DNA of 64,000 nucleotides from the human T2T-CHM13v2.0 reference genome, Homo sapiens (GCF_009914755.1 NC_060930.1); one strand, 5' to 3'. Shown: positions 1 to 17,309, counted from the stretch's first letter. Notes: generated by a model from the letters alone, not told the origin. Program-made: numbers and translations.

Positions 1-414
1 TCCAGGGGTTCACTCTCTTAGCCAGAAGCTGAGTCCCCTGTGCTGTGGTTTACGTAAGGCCCACAGAATGGTCCCTCTTCTCGGACACTGACACAGCCAG
101 AACTACATCCTGACCCATCTTGTGCTCACCTGCCAGCCCCCGGGATACGGCATGGCTGCGGCTCATTTCTCTTTCATTCTCCCAAAGGCCACAGATGTTT
201 TAGGGAGTGCCCACAGCAAGGAGCTGGCCAGGGGGGACTGGCTTCTCCACTCCCCTCCATCCTGAGATAGGAGCAGTTCTTAAAACCACCAATGGGGAAG
301 GGCCAGCAGGACCCAGTGGCCCTGTGCCCAGAACCAGGCCCTTCTGACCCTCCCAGGGAGGCACACAGGGTGACAATTCATCACACCAAGGCTTTCCAAC
401 AGCTGCTTCTCTTC

Positions 415-492
415 AGACATATGCACCTGTGCACATACACATGTGCCCACACATGCAGACATGCACACACACATAAACACACATGCACGCAC
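415..492 (+). repeat. Degenerate (CA)/(CAYR)n simple repeat
   Basis: Alternating purine-pyrimidine tract acatgcacacacacataaacacacatgcacgcac. Confidence 0.8.
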
Positions 493-499
493 CCAGGGA

Positions 500-1445
500 A
501 CAGAGTCATGTAGTGACTCAGCCTCTCCCCCAGTGTCTACACAAGGAAGATGGAAGGTGTTCCTTTGTGCTGACGTGACTGAACCGCCCATCTCTGTATA
601 ATTTATGGGCCTCCGTTCCCTCTTGCACTGGAAAGGTAGGCTCCCCTCCCACCTTCTACTCAGGGCCCTGGCGCTGTGGAGAATGAGGCTTCCTCTCAGT
701 TTTGAGATATAGTGAATGCAAAGAAGAGGCCGGGCTTGCATGCTCCTCGAGATGCTCAAGTAGGTAGAAGCTGTCAACCTGGAGGCTAGGGGCCCACGGT
801 CCTTCCCTGACTTTGGTAATTATCTGAGTCCCTAAGATGAGCTCCAGGAGAATAGGGGCAATCTTTTGTCCATTTTTACATCTCCAAATCCTGGAATAAG
901 GACTGGCGTATGGGAAGGAGGAAGGATGGATGGATGAGTCACGCACCACCCTGCCTTCACGGGGCTTACACTCTCTCCCCGTGGAGACAGGAGGAGGAGA
1001 CAAGGGCACTTCTCACGAGACATGGGGGGCCCTCAGGTGGTGAGGGGGGTTGGACCACAAAGAAAGGACATCTGGTGGGCAGGCTAAGGGAGACTAAACA
1101 TTCTTGGAGACAGCATTAGAGGTGGCCGTGCAGGACTGGTAGGATTACCTTAGGCAGAGGAACAGGCGTGAACAAGACCTGCTGCAGGAAAGCATGCGAA
1201 CGTTCTGGAAACAGGAGGAACTTTCCTTTGGCTGGAGTACGAGGTGCACACAGAAGAACGACAGGACCCGGAGAAAGTGCGGTGTTGGGGCTGGGCTGGG
1301 AGGAGGGTGTGGCCAGGCTGGCGCGGGAAGCAGGAAGGCCGGGGTGAAGGGGTCTCCCTGCCTTCTGTGTTTTCCCTCCTGCCTTTCTCCTCTGGTTCCG
1401 AGAATCAATTCCTCTGTGCGAAGTGGATGAGGGGACTTTCCTAGC
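500..1445. promoter_or_regulatory. Candidate distal enhancer (AP-1/ARE, CRE-like, NF-kB)
   Basis: GTGACTCAGC 513-522, TGACGTG 571-577, TGAGTCA 935-941, GGAACTTTCC 1217-1226, GGGACTTTCC 1432-1441; unique GC/CpG-elevated DNA. Confidence 0.5.
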
Positions 1446-1978
1446 CTCCGATCTGCACTTGCAACTAGACTGAGTGGAGCCTGGGACAATGGCTTTCCGC
1501 TCAGAACCAGAAATCAGGCTCCAGGAAGGCACTCTCCTAGAGGAGGGAGAGAAGGTATTGTTACCTATTTGTGGAAAGACTCCGTGGGGATTGTTACCAT
1601 CCTAATGACATCAAACTTCAGTGGGCTGCTCTCTTTTGTTAATGGCATAATCCTTTGTTCAGAACACACACACTGCACCCCCAGAACCTGAATGATTCAA
1701 CTGGATGCGTAAGTGGGGAATGCGAAGTGTAAGAATCACTGGCAAGACCGCAGAGGATTCTGGGAATAAGGCCATTTAGTACAAACTATTCGCCAAGTAA
1801 AATATTAAAATGTTACAAATAAGGCCAAAGTCCCCTTTGACGGACCCCTGCTCCAGCCTCGGCCCTCCCCACATCCTCCCCCATCCTCTCTATCGAGTGG
1901 ACCTTCAATATCAGTCTGTCGTCTATACTTCCAGAATTTATTTCCATATATTTACAAATTTAGAAAATGCATACTTGT

Positions 1979-2240
1979 GGCTGGGCGCGGTGGCTCACGC
2001 CTGTAATCCCAGCACTTTGGAAAGCCAAGGCCAGCGGATCACTTGAGGTCAGGAATTCGAGACCAGCCTAGCCAACATGGTGAAACCCCCGTCTCTACTA
2101 AAAATACAAAAATTAGCCAGGCATGGTGGTGCATGCCTGTAATCCCAGCTACTCAGGAGGCTGAGGCAGGAGGATCAGGAGGATCTGAACCCTGGAGGTG
2201 GAGGTTGCAGTAAGCCAAGATCACATCACTCCACTCCAGC
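1979..2240 (+). mobile_element. AluS, 3'-truncated (no A-tail)
   Basis: Begins GGCTGGGCGCGGTGGCTCACGCC; stops at CCACTCCAGC. Confidence 0.95.
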
Positions 2241-2877
2241 ATTGCACTTGTATTTTTGTACACCTAAATGTATTGCTTATGTGGTTTTGAACTTGTTTTA
2301 AAAGCCGGAGGACAGAAAATGAAGAGAACACAGAGTACCTGATGAAGTGGAAATAAGAAGCTCCTGTTTGCATTTTCCTTCCATGCTCAGGAAGATGTGG
2401 AAAGAGAAAGTTACACTTTTATTTTCCTGCTTGGATGCCTTAGTGCCTTCTGGAAATCTCTGCTAGATCAACCCTCCTCACACAATCATTCGCAAGTCTA
2501 CCAGGAATACGTAGACGGAGAAATGCAAGCATGGTAGGCTGTCACCCATTCTGCTCAGCCAGAGGTGGATACCCACCACCCCCTCATACTACCAGAAGGA
2601 CACTGGCTACTGGGGCCTCCTGACACTTGCATCTACCTTTTCAATTTAAAAAACACGAAACTGTATCCCTCAACCCAAGGATGTGGGAATTCATCCCATA
2701 GCTTGCTCAGATCTCTAGTTCTATAGACATTGTGCAAGTTCTCTTGCATTCTTTTAACTCAAAATTCCAGGAAACACAGAGCCTTGCAGATAGAGGCTTT
2801 CCACTGAGAAAGAGACAAGCAAGCTGCTTAGATAATTCATAGACTGGAAAAGTCAAGGTGAATTATTAATAAACTTA

Positions 2878-3255
<378 letters not shown>

Positions 3256-3716
3256 TTAACTCCCATGCTGTGAAACTGAGAAAGTTAGACTGCATTTTCA
3301 TGTCACCTGTTACCAAGGATCAGCTCTCACTCTGGGTGAATTAAGCACTGATTCTTTTTCTGCTTCCTAAAGTGACACAACTGATTTAACCTAATAAGTG
3401 ATCATTTCATTAGGGCAAACTAAGGCCATGTCATCCTCCTCTGATAATTTGTCTTCCTTTTTATTTCCATGTGGCACTTAGAGGCCATGTTGGTCATTAT
3501 CAAACATTGCAAAAATTTCTTCTGCCTTCATTGTAAAGACAAATTATAAATTGCTTTGGGGTCAGGTTTTATGAAGATGATGAACGCCTCTAATGGGTTC
3601 CAGGTGCTTCTTTTCCACTAGCCATGAGGCCGTCCACAGGTTATTGCACAGATATTATCACAGCTTGGTAATATTGATAGGACAGCTGTGCCTAATGTTT
3701 TCCTTCTGCCACCTCT

Positions 3717-4015
<299 letters not shown>

Positions 4016-5738
4016 CTCTACCACCTCTTTTAAAGGATTTCCATTGACATCTGGAGGTCTTAGATGCTGAGATTTTCTATACGAAAGAAAAATGAATTTG
4101 CCTTCCAACTTTCCTCAAAGATTTTATTTCTGGAATGATTTTTATAATCCTCAAGAGCAATTTTCTCCACTGTCTTTCTATGCCATGAAGTGACACATCT
4201 CTGCCTGCCACCAAGCATGGTTCCTCAGCAATACATTGAGTCATGCCTGGTGACAGTATCCCCAAGGCCTGCCAAAGGCACTGTTGGCTTTGGACGCCAG
4301 ACGGCTCTTGGCTCCTGGAGCTACTCTTTTACATGCCAGTGAGTGCAAGGCAGCACTTCAGACATGGGATTCTGAGGTCTGATCTAACATGCAGCATCAA
4401 GAAAATATATTGTAAAACAGAGGACATAGTGCTACACTAAAATAGCATATTCTGTGAATCCAGTCGTGCAAGTGACAACGTACCAATTACATTCAACTAT
4501 AGCTTTGCTTACTTTTTAAAGTTTCATGTTAAAATGGTAAAGATTTACATGGAAACAGTTCTCTCCAGTGGACTGTAAGTCCCATGAGTGAAGGAAATGG
4601 GCTTGGTGTTCCCTTGATGATGCCTCAGAGTGCATCATAAGCACACCCAGCACAGCTCCGGGAGTGTTCTGGAACGCACCAACAGTGGAACTCTGTGCTG
4701 ACCCCAGCTGTCATTCTCGGAGCACCAAGAAAGGGCAGTGTGGCAGTGCCTCCAGGAACATCATCCTCACCCTTGGGTTCTACAGCTCCTTCCTAGGCAG
4801 CACAGCCAAGCTCTTGCTTGCCCTCCTCCCCAGCTCCCACCCACCCCTCCTCTTGCCTGGCTGAAGGGAAGCATGAGCGCCCTGTTCCCAGCAGCTTCCC
4901 CTAAGTGGCTGCCTGACAGCCCCTGTTCAAGCGCCTACAGCCAGGGGTGACAGGGCCTGTGCAGTCACACCCCATCAAGAGCTGGGGGCCCACCCAAGCC
5001 CCACCCAAGGGTCTCTGTGTGTCACCTATCCATCTGGTGAGGGTTTCCCACTCCAAAGAAAAGCCCTTTCAGTCCGTTCAGCTTGCCTCTTAAGCACAGC
5101 TTCTGTCATACCAAGAGGCTATTAGATGCCATTATGTTACATACCATGGCATAGCACCTAAGTCACAGGCATGATGACATCAGTGTCAAGTAGAACTGTG
5201 CTCAAATTTAGTCTCCAGCTAGCTGGACCGGACTGTTCAGATTTCCCAACTTCTCTAGTCCCTAATTTTGTAAATGAGTAAAACAGAGGAGGTGATGATG
5301 ATGATGTTGATATTATTTTCATAGGGTCCTTTACTGTATTAAATGAAATAATACTAGCAAGCCACTTGGTACTATCTAGCAACACAGAATCTCTCAATAC
5401 ATAGTAGCTGTTATGAAGTTTCCTCTCCACCTCCCATGTTCTCTTACACATCCTGTAGTACAGAGTATGTACTTTTGTGCATTTTTCAAGTTATGAAAAT
5501 GTGCTAATAGCATGTTAGAGCACATGTCAATCATTCAGATACTAAACAGGTTAATCAGTTAAATAGATTAATTCTAGGTATTCCATTAGTGCAGAAAGCA
5601 ATAAACTAAAAGAAACCTAATAGAGCAGCAGTATATTTTTAAAAGTGGCTTCCATGTTGAGGCTTGAGTGTCCATCCAACACGATCACCTCCACATTACA
5701 CAATAAGAACTCATTAATACTCAGAAAGATTAACCTGA

Positions 5739-6071
<333 letters not shown>

Positions 6072-7088
6072 AAGACCCTATTATTTCAAGAAGACCTTTT
6101 AAGGTACAAATATTCTTGATGCTTTTCTATGTGATATATTGCAAAGGAAAGGGGATGCTAGTGACCCCAAAATTCAGCAAGCCAAAATGCCCTATTTTGC
6201 AAGGTTTTATTTTATCCAGACTTGATTGAATTGAGTGAGTGAAGAGTGTCTGTGGATTGGAAGATTTCTGGCTATGTGTGGTTGAACTGGCATCCATCAC
6301 AATTCTTTTTCCTGTGTCCTCCTTCAAGACCATGTCATTAGTCTTTACCTATGGTTTAGGCCTCAGAGTAGGGAACATAAAATATATAATCAAAAGATAA
6401 CATGCTCCACTAAAAGCATTTTTTCATACTATTACATTAACCCTGAAAATACTTCTATGAAGCAAATATTAATATGCAGAACTTACTAACTTCCTTTGAT
6501 TGCTGGAGAGATGAGGAGCAGTAAGTAGTTGAAGGGCCACTGAAATTTACAACATGAGCTACTCCTGTCTCATTAATACCAGAATTTGGGTCTGTGGATG
6601 CCTCATCGCCTCTTTGCTATCACATTGCCTTTGAAGGTTTGCAAAGAGCTGCAGTTCTGACTTCCCCTTAAGCTGAATATAACTGACTTAGGGGAGAATG
6701 ACCATTTCAGGGAGGGTGTGCTTCATCTCCCGAGGGGAAAGCACAGTAGCCCATTCACTGTGCTGATCCCTGAGTGACTCATAACGCAGCTGCTTAGATA
6801 GATTTATGGCCAGTTGATGGATTTAAGGGCTGTTAGCTCTTTTGTTTAATTCATATTAATAAAGAAGGGGGCTGTATAAAAATTTACTGTTGCATGGAGA
6901 GAATCTATGAAGCATCACAGCACAAAGATTATTATGTCTTGACAGCTCAAGAAGTAGAGTAGAACCATGCTTTCTTTAATCAGGTTTTGCAGTCTTAAAA
7001 GCAAGCATGCTTTGTTGGAATTTACCCATAAAATTTGCAGGACAAACTAAACTCCAGCAATTATGTTAAAGCCCTGTTCTCTTCTTAC

Positions 7089-7113
7089 CCACCACCACCA
7101 CCACCACCACCAC
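7089..7113 (+). repeat. (CCA)n microsatellite
   Basis: About 8 CCA units. Confidence 0.95.
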
Positions 7114-7140
7114 GAAATTACTTTTACCGCCAAGACATAA

Positions 7141-7144
<4 letters not shown>

Positions 7145-7192
<48 letters not shown>
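7145..7192 (+). repeat. (TG)24 microsatellite
   Basis: Pure TG run. Confidence 0.98.
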
Positions 7193-7194
<2 letters not shown>

Positions 7195-7641
7195 AGATGT
7201 GGCTTTTTTTTTTTTTTAGATCAGACATAAACACTCCAAGGCTGAATTCTGGCAAGTTCTTTTGTCCAAGTTCTTAATTTATGCTGACATACAGTGTGCA
7301 TACATCAGTTTACAGCTACTATGGAGAAATCAAATCCTGATGATGTCATATAGTGGCATAAAATTCTTAAAGAACATCTGAACTTGCAAGGGACAGGATT
7401 CATTCTTATTTTCTACAGAAGCTCTCTTCAAGTATTAGGGGCTAGCTGGGTTCTCAATGCATAACACTGAATATGAGATGCATAGGAAAGGCATCTCGTT
7501 TGCTACGTATTTGCCATGTTTTAGGTACAATGTCTATCTTATTTTACTTATCAACACAATGACGGTTCAAGGTATGATTAATGAGGAAAATAAGACCAAG
7601 AGAGGTTAAGTAACAATCTCATCAAGGTCACCTTGAGCAAT

Positions 7642-8539
<898 letters not shown>

Positions 8540-9053
8540 GCAAGGAAGTGGAAGAGCTGAAATCCAAATGCAGCTCCACTTGGCTTCAACCAAGTGAACA
8601 AGAAAACTTCCAGCCTAATCACAAAACTGACGTAAATAGGTTAATACAGAATAAAGAACTAAATCATTTCCAAAGCAGAATAGCACGGTGAGCTCTTAGT
8701 TTGGTATTTACCTCCACCCCAATCCTTGATGTCATCCTCTGGAACAGCCGTGCTTCTGCTGCTGAACCTCTACTCACCACGATTGCACTCCTGTCATTAC
8801 TGTTACCTTCATTAGGTCATGCTTCCCAGTTTTTCAAAACATTTTCAGGTTTGTTATCTCATTTTCTCTTCACAACAACTCTGCAAAGCCGACTAGACAG
8901 GAATAATTATCCTTGCTCTCTGGTTGAAAAAGGTGAAGAGCAAGCCATTAACTAATTTTTCTAATAGTCACCAAGTCACTGAATAGGATAGCCAGGAACC
9001 AACTCTGGCTTTCCTCCAAGTACAATCTTTCCCTTGAGATTATTAAGAAACCA

Positions 9054-9316
<263 letters not shown>

Positions 9317-9707
9317 TCAGAGGAATGGAGCAGCATGCAGTGGGTCATGTACCTACTGGCCTCATAATTCCTGGTTTCCCCACGCACCAACTTGGAATTC
9401 CTCTGTGTCATCTGACCCTACCTTCTCTTCCCCCTGGAGCCCAAGGCTCAACTCCAGCACCACAGCCTTCTTCCAAGCACCAGCCCTCTGGCTGGGGTCC
9501 CTCTTCACACAAGCCCCCAGCCACATGAACCGTCTTCGCAGGAGCTTTGCCCTCCCACCTCAGGGCCTCTGACTGGCTGCAAGGTTGTCTGCCTGGAACA
9601 CTCTGCTTCCTCCCCTTTCTCTTTGCCATCTTAACTCCTACTCATTCTTCTGATCCCAGATCAAAAGACGGTTTTAGAGACAACTCTTCCGATATATTCT
9701 CCTTCTA

Positions 9708-9760
9708 ATATATTATATATGTAATATATGTAAATATATTATATATATATTATATATATT
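9708..9760 (+). repeat. (TA)n-rich tract
   Basis: AT-only degenerate TA repeat. Confidence 0.9.
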
Positions 9761-9761
9761 T

Positions 9762-10632
9762 AGTGTTGTTGTTTAAAGGGATCTGTAAAACAGCCTCAGG
9801 CAGGTCCTGCAGAAAGTTTTCAGGAAAAGGCATTGTGATCACAGGAGACGACAGCTCCATGCATGTTATTGCCCCTGAGGACCCTCCAGTGGGACAAGAT
9901 GTGGAGGTGGAAGACAGTGATATTGATGATCCTGACCCTGGGTAGGCCTAGGCTAATGTGTGTGTTTGTGCCTTAGTTTTTAACAAAATAAATGAAAAAT
10001 AAAATAATTAAAAATTTTAATAATAGAAAAGCTGATAGAATAAGGATATAAAGAAATAAAATATTTTTGTACAGCTGTACAATGTGTGTTTACAATGTGA
10101 TTACAAAAGTCAAAAGTTTTAAAATAAAATTAAAAGTTGATAAAATTAAAAGGTTACAGTAAGCGGTTAATTTATTATTGAAAAGAGAAAAAAGGTTCGT
10201 ATAAATTTAGTGTAGCCAAAGTGTCCAGTGTTGACAGAGTCTACAGCGGTGTACAGTCATGTCACAGGTCTTTCCATTCACTCCTCACTCACTCAGTCAC
10301 TCACTCACCCAGAGCAGCTTCCAGTCCTGCAAGCTCCATTCATGGTGAGTGCCCTATAAAGGTGCACCATGTTTTATTTTTTATATCATATTTTTATGGT
10401 AATTTTTCTATGTTTAGAAACAGAAATACTTACCATTATGTTACAATTGCCTATGGCATTCAGTGCGGTAGCATGCTGTAGCCTAGGAGCTAGAACGCTG
10501 TACCATATAGGCTGTACCATATAGCCTGGGTGTGTGGTAGGCTATGTCATCTAGGTTTGTGTAAGTGGACTCTGTGATGTTCACACAATGACGAAATCGC
10601 ATGTACACCCACCGCTAAGCAACGCACAACTG
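9762..10632 (+). mobile_element. Tigger3 (Golem) TcMar DNA transposon, 5'-truncated
   Basis: GGACAAGATGTGGAGGTGGAAGACAGTGATATTGATGATCCTGACCCTG motif; TIR-like end AAGCAACGCACAACTG followed by TA. Confidence 0.9.
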
Positions 10633-10654
10633 TACTGATTTGGGTATTATGTCA

Positions 10655-11078
<424 letters not shown>

Positions 11079-11126
<48 letters not shown>

Positions 11127-11130
11127 GTAT
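11079..11130 (+). repeat. (AT)n microsatellite in the Alu tail
   Basis: AT run lying between the A-tail and the 3' TSD. Confidence 0.95.
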
Positions 11131-12652
11131 ATGAATGCACTCATGCATTGCGGTATAGCTAGTCTTCTGGTAGGCCGGCCATTACATCAAGGATAGCCTC
11201 TCCAAGTGGCCAGCTTGTGGGGGTTCTTTTGGCAACACTAGACCTCCTCTTTCTACCTCCACCATCCCTACACCAAACCCACGAAGTGAGAGCAGGACCT
11301 TTCCAGAAAAACGTAACGTCCCCAATCCCTTAAGATCCCTTCACAGGCCTGACTGGAATGCGCCGTGCGCCACCAGAACACTTCTCCTTTCCGCGGACTG
11401 GCACAGATGCTGTTTCTCACCTCCTCCCACTAACAGCTCTGTTGCCAGATCTGCTGATGAAGAGCCTCTCCTCTTCCCAGGCGGCTCTAACCAAGACACC
11501 CCCTGCAAGCTACTGTGCAGACGCTGCTCCAGTGGCTGAGTCCATCTCCTTCTCACTGCAGAACTCGGTCATAACAGCTGTGTCATGTGTTAGCCACTCA
11601 CGAATAAATTGGCATTTTTATTTTCCTTTCTTGACAAGCGCTATTTATTTAGAAAATTGTTTGAAAAGTTGCTCTAGGCAGCCTGAGTTCCTTTCCAGTT
11701 CTGAAAAATTTTGTCGGTCTGAGATTTGCTGGTTTAGCACTTCAGACGTAGTAAGTGATGCACCAAAGTTCCCTTTAATCTAGTTTCAGCTCATTTGTTC
11801 CCTACACTTCTGCCAAGAACTTAGCAGTCCATTAAGAAATACTATAGTAGAGAGGCCATGACTTTAAAGAGCCTGCCAATGAATCATTTTGTTATATGAA
11901 TAATTACCTTCAATTATATCAATTTTGTTTGCTGACATTAAAAAAAAAAAAGCATGTCCACACCCGTTTGACCATTATGAAATTCAATATATCTCACTGA
12001 CTCCATTCTATCTTTACCAAAAGTCACACTTTGAGTGCACACTCGGTAAAGTATTTTGGTCCTTGTTGGAGTCGGGGCAGAAGAGGACAGATGGACAATG
12101 TGTGGTTTTAGACATTTTGAGGAGGGACATATCCCAGGGATGTTTGGGGCACACCTAACATAGGAAGTGGTGCTGGAACTTCTCCTTGGAGGAAGGGTAC
12201 ATCTCAAAGAACACAGGAAAGCACATTCCCGCCATAAACACAGACATTCACATAGTAGGCTTGAGGAATACTACTTATTGGTAGATTGGGCTAACTGAAA
12301 GGTTTGGGTGGAATAAAAATCATAGTGGTGGTGATAGTGACGATGATGATGATGATGGAAGCCAAGGTGGTCAGAGCGGGGCTAGATGAACAGGTCTTGA
12401 AGTCAGGCTAAGGAGTTTGAACTTGATTATACGCTAGGGAATCAATGAAGTGTGCTCAAGGGATGGCTGATGTGTGTATACATGAGGTAGAGTCAGGGCT
12501 TCTTCTGTGAAGGCCAGGTGTTCCTTACCTTTTCTGCACACTCCGAGTATCAAGCTGAGAGTGAAGTGCCCCTGATTCCAGTATATTTCTTTAACAATCC
12601 TTGAGAGACTGTTTGAGCACATTATTTTGTGAAGTCAACTAACAAGAAATTA

Positions 12653-13058
<406 letters not shown>

Positions 13059-14032
13059 CTTCAAATAGTATGCAGATATTCCAATAAGCGTTGAGCCCTT
13101 CTTACTTAGAAATTTGTGAAACAAATAAGACTAACTGGTATTGTAAGGACTTACATCCGTCACCCTTTTTTAAGGGAAATATTTTTGTTCCAGGCCTATC
13201 AAACTCTTCTCCTTTCATTTTTCTAATTTAGGATAACTTGGTGATCCTTATAGGTATCTAACTGATCCACATTCCATGCTAATCCACAATGGATTGATTG
13301 TTTCCTTGCATTGGAGGTAAAACAAGAAAAAATTCAGAGAAGCAATTCTCATTCAAGCTTGCAATTTCTCAAAATTGAGTATGTAAGTAGAGAGTCTTCC
13401 TCAACTATGATCCTAAACTCTAGCCACATTGTTTCCACTTAGCCCCTGAGCAAGTCTGGACAAAGCTGACATTTAATTAGATGTGTTCTCCTCCAATGTG
13501 CACCCTGCAAAATCACCTGCTCCAGTTCCGTGTGACTGCCTAAGCACCAGCCTGCTTTCTGGACAGCACTGCAGCAGTGGGAAGGGTTATATACGCCAGG
13601 GCTCTGGAGAGCAGGGGCCAGGAGTTAGCTGGAGGGAGGATGTGCAGGTTGCAGGCCTCTTGCCCAGTCGCCCCACTACCCGTAAGTCTTTGATTCTTCG
13701 CTTACTTTCTGGATCACAGTCACAAAATTCTCTCTGGCCACACAGCTTGGTTGCACTTTTAGCCATTTAGGGGTCCTTTGTGTGCTGTTAGCTAGGCAAA
13801 CGGTATCCCACTGAGCCCAGGCTGGTAAGAGCACTATGTAGAATGCATAAGAGCCTGAAAGTGGGCATATCCCAGGCGGAGGCTTAAGTGAGGAGGACTT
13901 GAACTATAAAGCCAGAGTAGATGAACAGGAAGGAAGGAAATAGACCGTAGACCCCTAGAAGGTATATGGTCATTTCATCTTTATGTATTATATTTTTCGT
14001 TATAAGATTACAGAAGATATTTGTTCATTTAG

Positions 14033-14392
<360 letters not shown>

Positions 14393-17309
14393 TAACTTGA
14401 TGAATAGTTTTAAAAGATCCCTTCTGTTCCTAAAGTTGGAAGGATACATTTCCTAAAAGAAATAGGAGCTCAGAACATCTTGCTGAGAATGTGGGAGTCA
14501 ACTCTCAGGAAGGTATTTGGTTGCTGGAAAGTGACCATGAAGTTGGTTTCTTCCTGGTTGAAGTCCTTCTGTAATTACAGAAATAGTTACTTTGAAACCA
14601 GTATACTGAGTGTGTCTGAAGTTAATCACATTACAAAGGACTCCAGTCTACACAGGCTGTTGAGTCCCTGTGATTTGTGGGGCTTCAATCTTCTCTCATA
14701 TTTCTGTCTAGATATTTGGTAGGCAGTTTTTATCTATACATAAGTCATTTGTTCAACCATGGTGAATAAGCCGAAGGGGAATAACAAAAATGAAGGCATC
14801 AATTTTTAGAAGAAAGATTTTTGAAGAGACATTTAGAAAAAAAGGATGACATTTATTTTGGCTCTGATTTAATTTAATTCTATTGCAAAATTCCAAAGAA
14901 ATGTGGAGCTTGGAATTCATATGTAATGTATTGATATTACATAATCAGGTTTTGCTGAATTAGGCTGCAAGGAAAATGGTAATAGGAACAAGGACTTTGA
15001 TAATGTGAGTTTTGATAAAGTTGAGTTTTTTGGAGGGAAGGTGACTCGGAAATTAAAAAGAAAAAGAAAGGAAAGCTAGAAGGATAGACCTGTACAGAGA
15101 CAGGAATACGTATGCAAATGTGATTGTGATGAGGAAGTGGATTTTATTTCTGTTCTGAAGAGAGCGATACACCCAGGTGGAGAAGGTGATCTCATCAGTC
15201 TTTGATGCAAAACATGATTCTAAATATTTAGGGTGTATTCACTGAGCAAACACTGAGGAATTAATATCTATTACATGTATTTCACTTATTCTTTTTTTCC
15301 CATTTATTCTTAATAACTTCTAAGTTTATCCAGAATATTGTAATAGAGTCTGGGTGCTAAAGGTAATGAATAAAATTTCCTTGAGTTTAGTAACAACGAA
15401 TTTGGAGAAAAAAATGGGTTTAAGGTATTTTATTATAAATTGGCACATAGGAAAAAAAACTCAGTTCCCCATAATATTTTAGCAAGTCAGAAAGTTTGAT
15501 CATGCTAACTTGAAGAAAGTATGTTGGGATCATAATGATGTCACCCTCAGTTCTCTCTTCAGGGACCTCCAGAGACAAAGTAGAAATTCAGTTCTCTGAG
15601 GAATTTTCTCCATTCCCTGCTCATTTCCCCTCTGCTCCCCAATATTGTCACATTGTTTTTCCAGGACTGAGTTTATGATCCTGCTGATAACTGCCTCCTT
15701 CATTATTATAATAAACTCTGCTTAAGGTTCAGGTCTTCAGATTTTCAAATATCAATGTTTCTCCATCCAAAATGAATTTTCATTTTTATTTGTGAGAATT
15801 GTATGAGATTTCTTTTTTTTTAAAGTTAGCATTTTTCTTACGGGTGGAACTATATGAAACTATACTTCAAAGTTCATGTTTTAACTTGTTAAACGTGTAA
15901 TGTGAAAACCCAGGTCTAGATCATTTCATGCCCAATTCCAAACATTTTAGACAACATTTTGCAGTTGATGAGAGAATAACCTTTAAAGCCTGGCTTCATT
16001 GCAACCTTTCCTTCTGGAGTTTTTTGCTTGAAATAAGGCATTTTTTATTTTTCGTGAAACATAGCCTGCCACCATTTGACATGGAAATGGAAAAGAAAGA
16101 GCGCTGACCATCACACGGCTCCAAATTTGCCAGCAGCTCCTGAAGAGTTGCTATAGATACCTTAGTGATGGCCCTCGGTTATTATTTCTAAGATGATGTA
16201 GTGTCTGAAAGAACACTGCCAATTTGCAGTCTCACAGACCTTTATTCGGCATTAATGAATGAGGATAACCGTGGGGCTTTTTTCCGTTCCCCTGATTGCT
16301 TTGTTCTCACTCATGATTCAGTCCCCACTTTACTGCTTTTGATCCCATCCTGAATGTAAACTTTCTTTCCTCGTAGGTAGAAAGCCTTATGTGAAGATGC
16401 AGAGAAGAAAGGAGAACTAGACAATCACAAAACTTCATCAGATGGTAGCCACATACAAGGGGGAGGGTTTCTGTGGACTAAAACTCTTGTTCCCTCCAAT
16501 TTGTATTTGTTCCTGCACTGATCAAGCCTGCCCTGCACTCTTCCTTTGGCCCCTGCACTCCAGCTGACGAATAAGGTCCACACATCTTACCAGGGTTGCG
16601 TGGGAGCCCCAGATCCCTGTGGTTGGACCACTGACGGTGGCACCATTCACTGGTCCTTTTCTCTGCCTCTGCCCAACATTCCCAAGGGCCTGTGGTTCCA
16701 GTATCCTTTGGAGAACCGTCTTTGCACAGTAAAGCTTTAATCTTATTATTTTTCATGTCTTCCTTTAAAAGGGGAGGATGGAAATTCACATCTCAGTCTT
16801 TCTTCCTCACAACTCTTGTAAAATTGGGATCATGCCCATCATGGCAGCAAAAATTTTTTGCAACACCCAATTCTAAGAAGAGGACTTGGATGGAGAGTCT
16901 AAGGCAATGCCACAGGTCCTATTTTTATTGACGTATCTACACACATACCTCGAATCCATAGCTCCTCATTCTATCCAAATGCCTACACTGCTCCTTACTA
17001 ATTATCAGACTTTGGCCACATTACCTAAACTCTCTAAGCCTTAGTTTCCTGATAAGCTTAAATGCATCAAACAATCCTGTTCTGGCACTCATGCAATTAC
17101 CCTCAGGACAAAAAGATAAAAGTCTATAAAAAGTGGTTTGCGCGTCAGTGAAACCAAGCTGACAATTGCTCTTTCTCTGCTTAGACCCTCCCTTAGCACC
17201 AATCAGCTCGAGACCTGGCCCTTCCAACTTGCTGGGAAGGGTAAATAGGAAGAGCTCACAAATAACATTTTAAATAAGCAGCTGGGGTGGACTTACAGGA
17301 ACTGGACAC

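Noticed and set aside
9763-9945. Acidic 60-aa ORF
   Set aside because: Lies within the Tigger3 fossil; no DDE transposase frame remains
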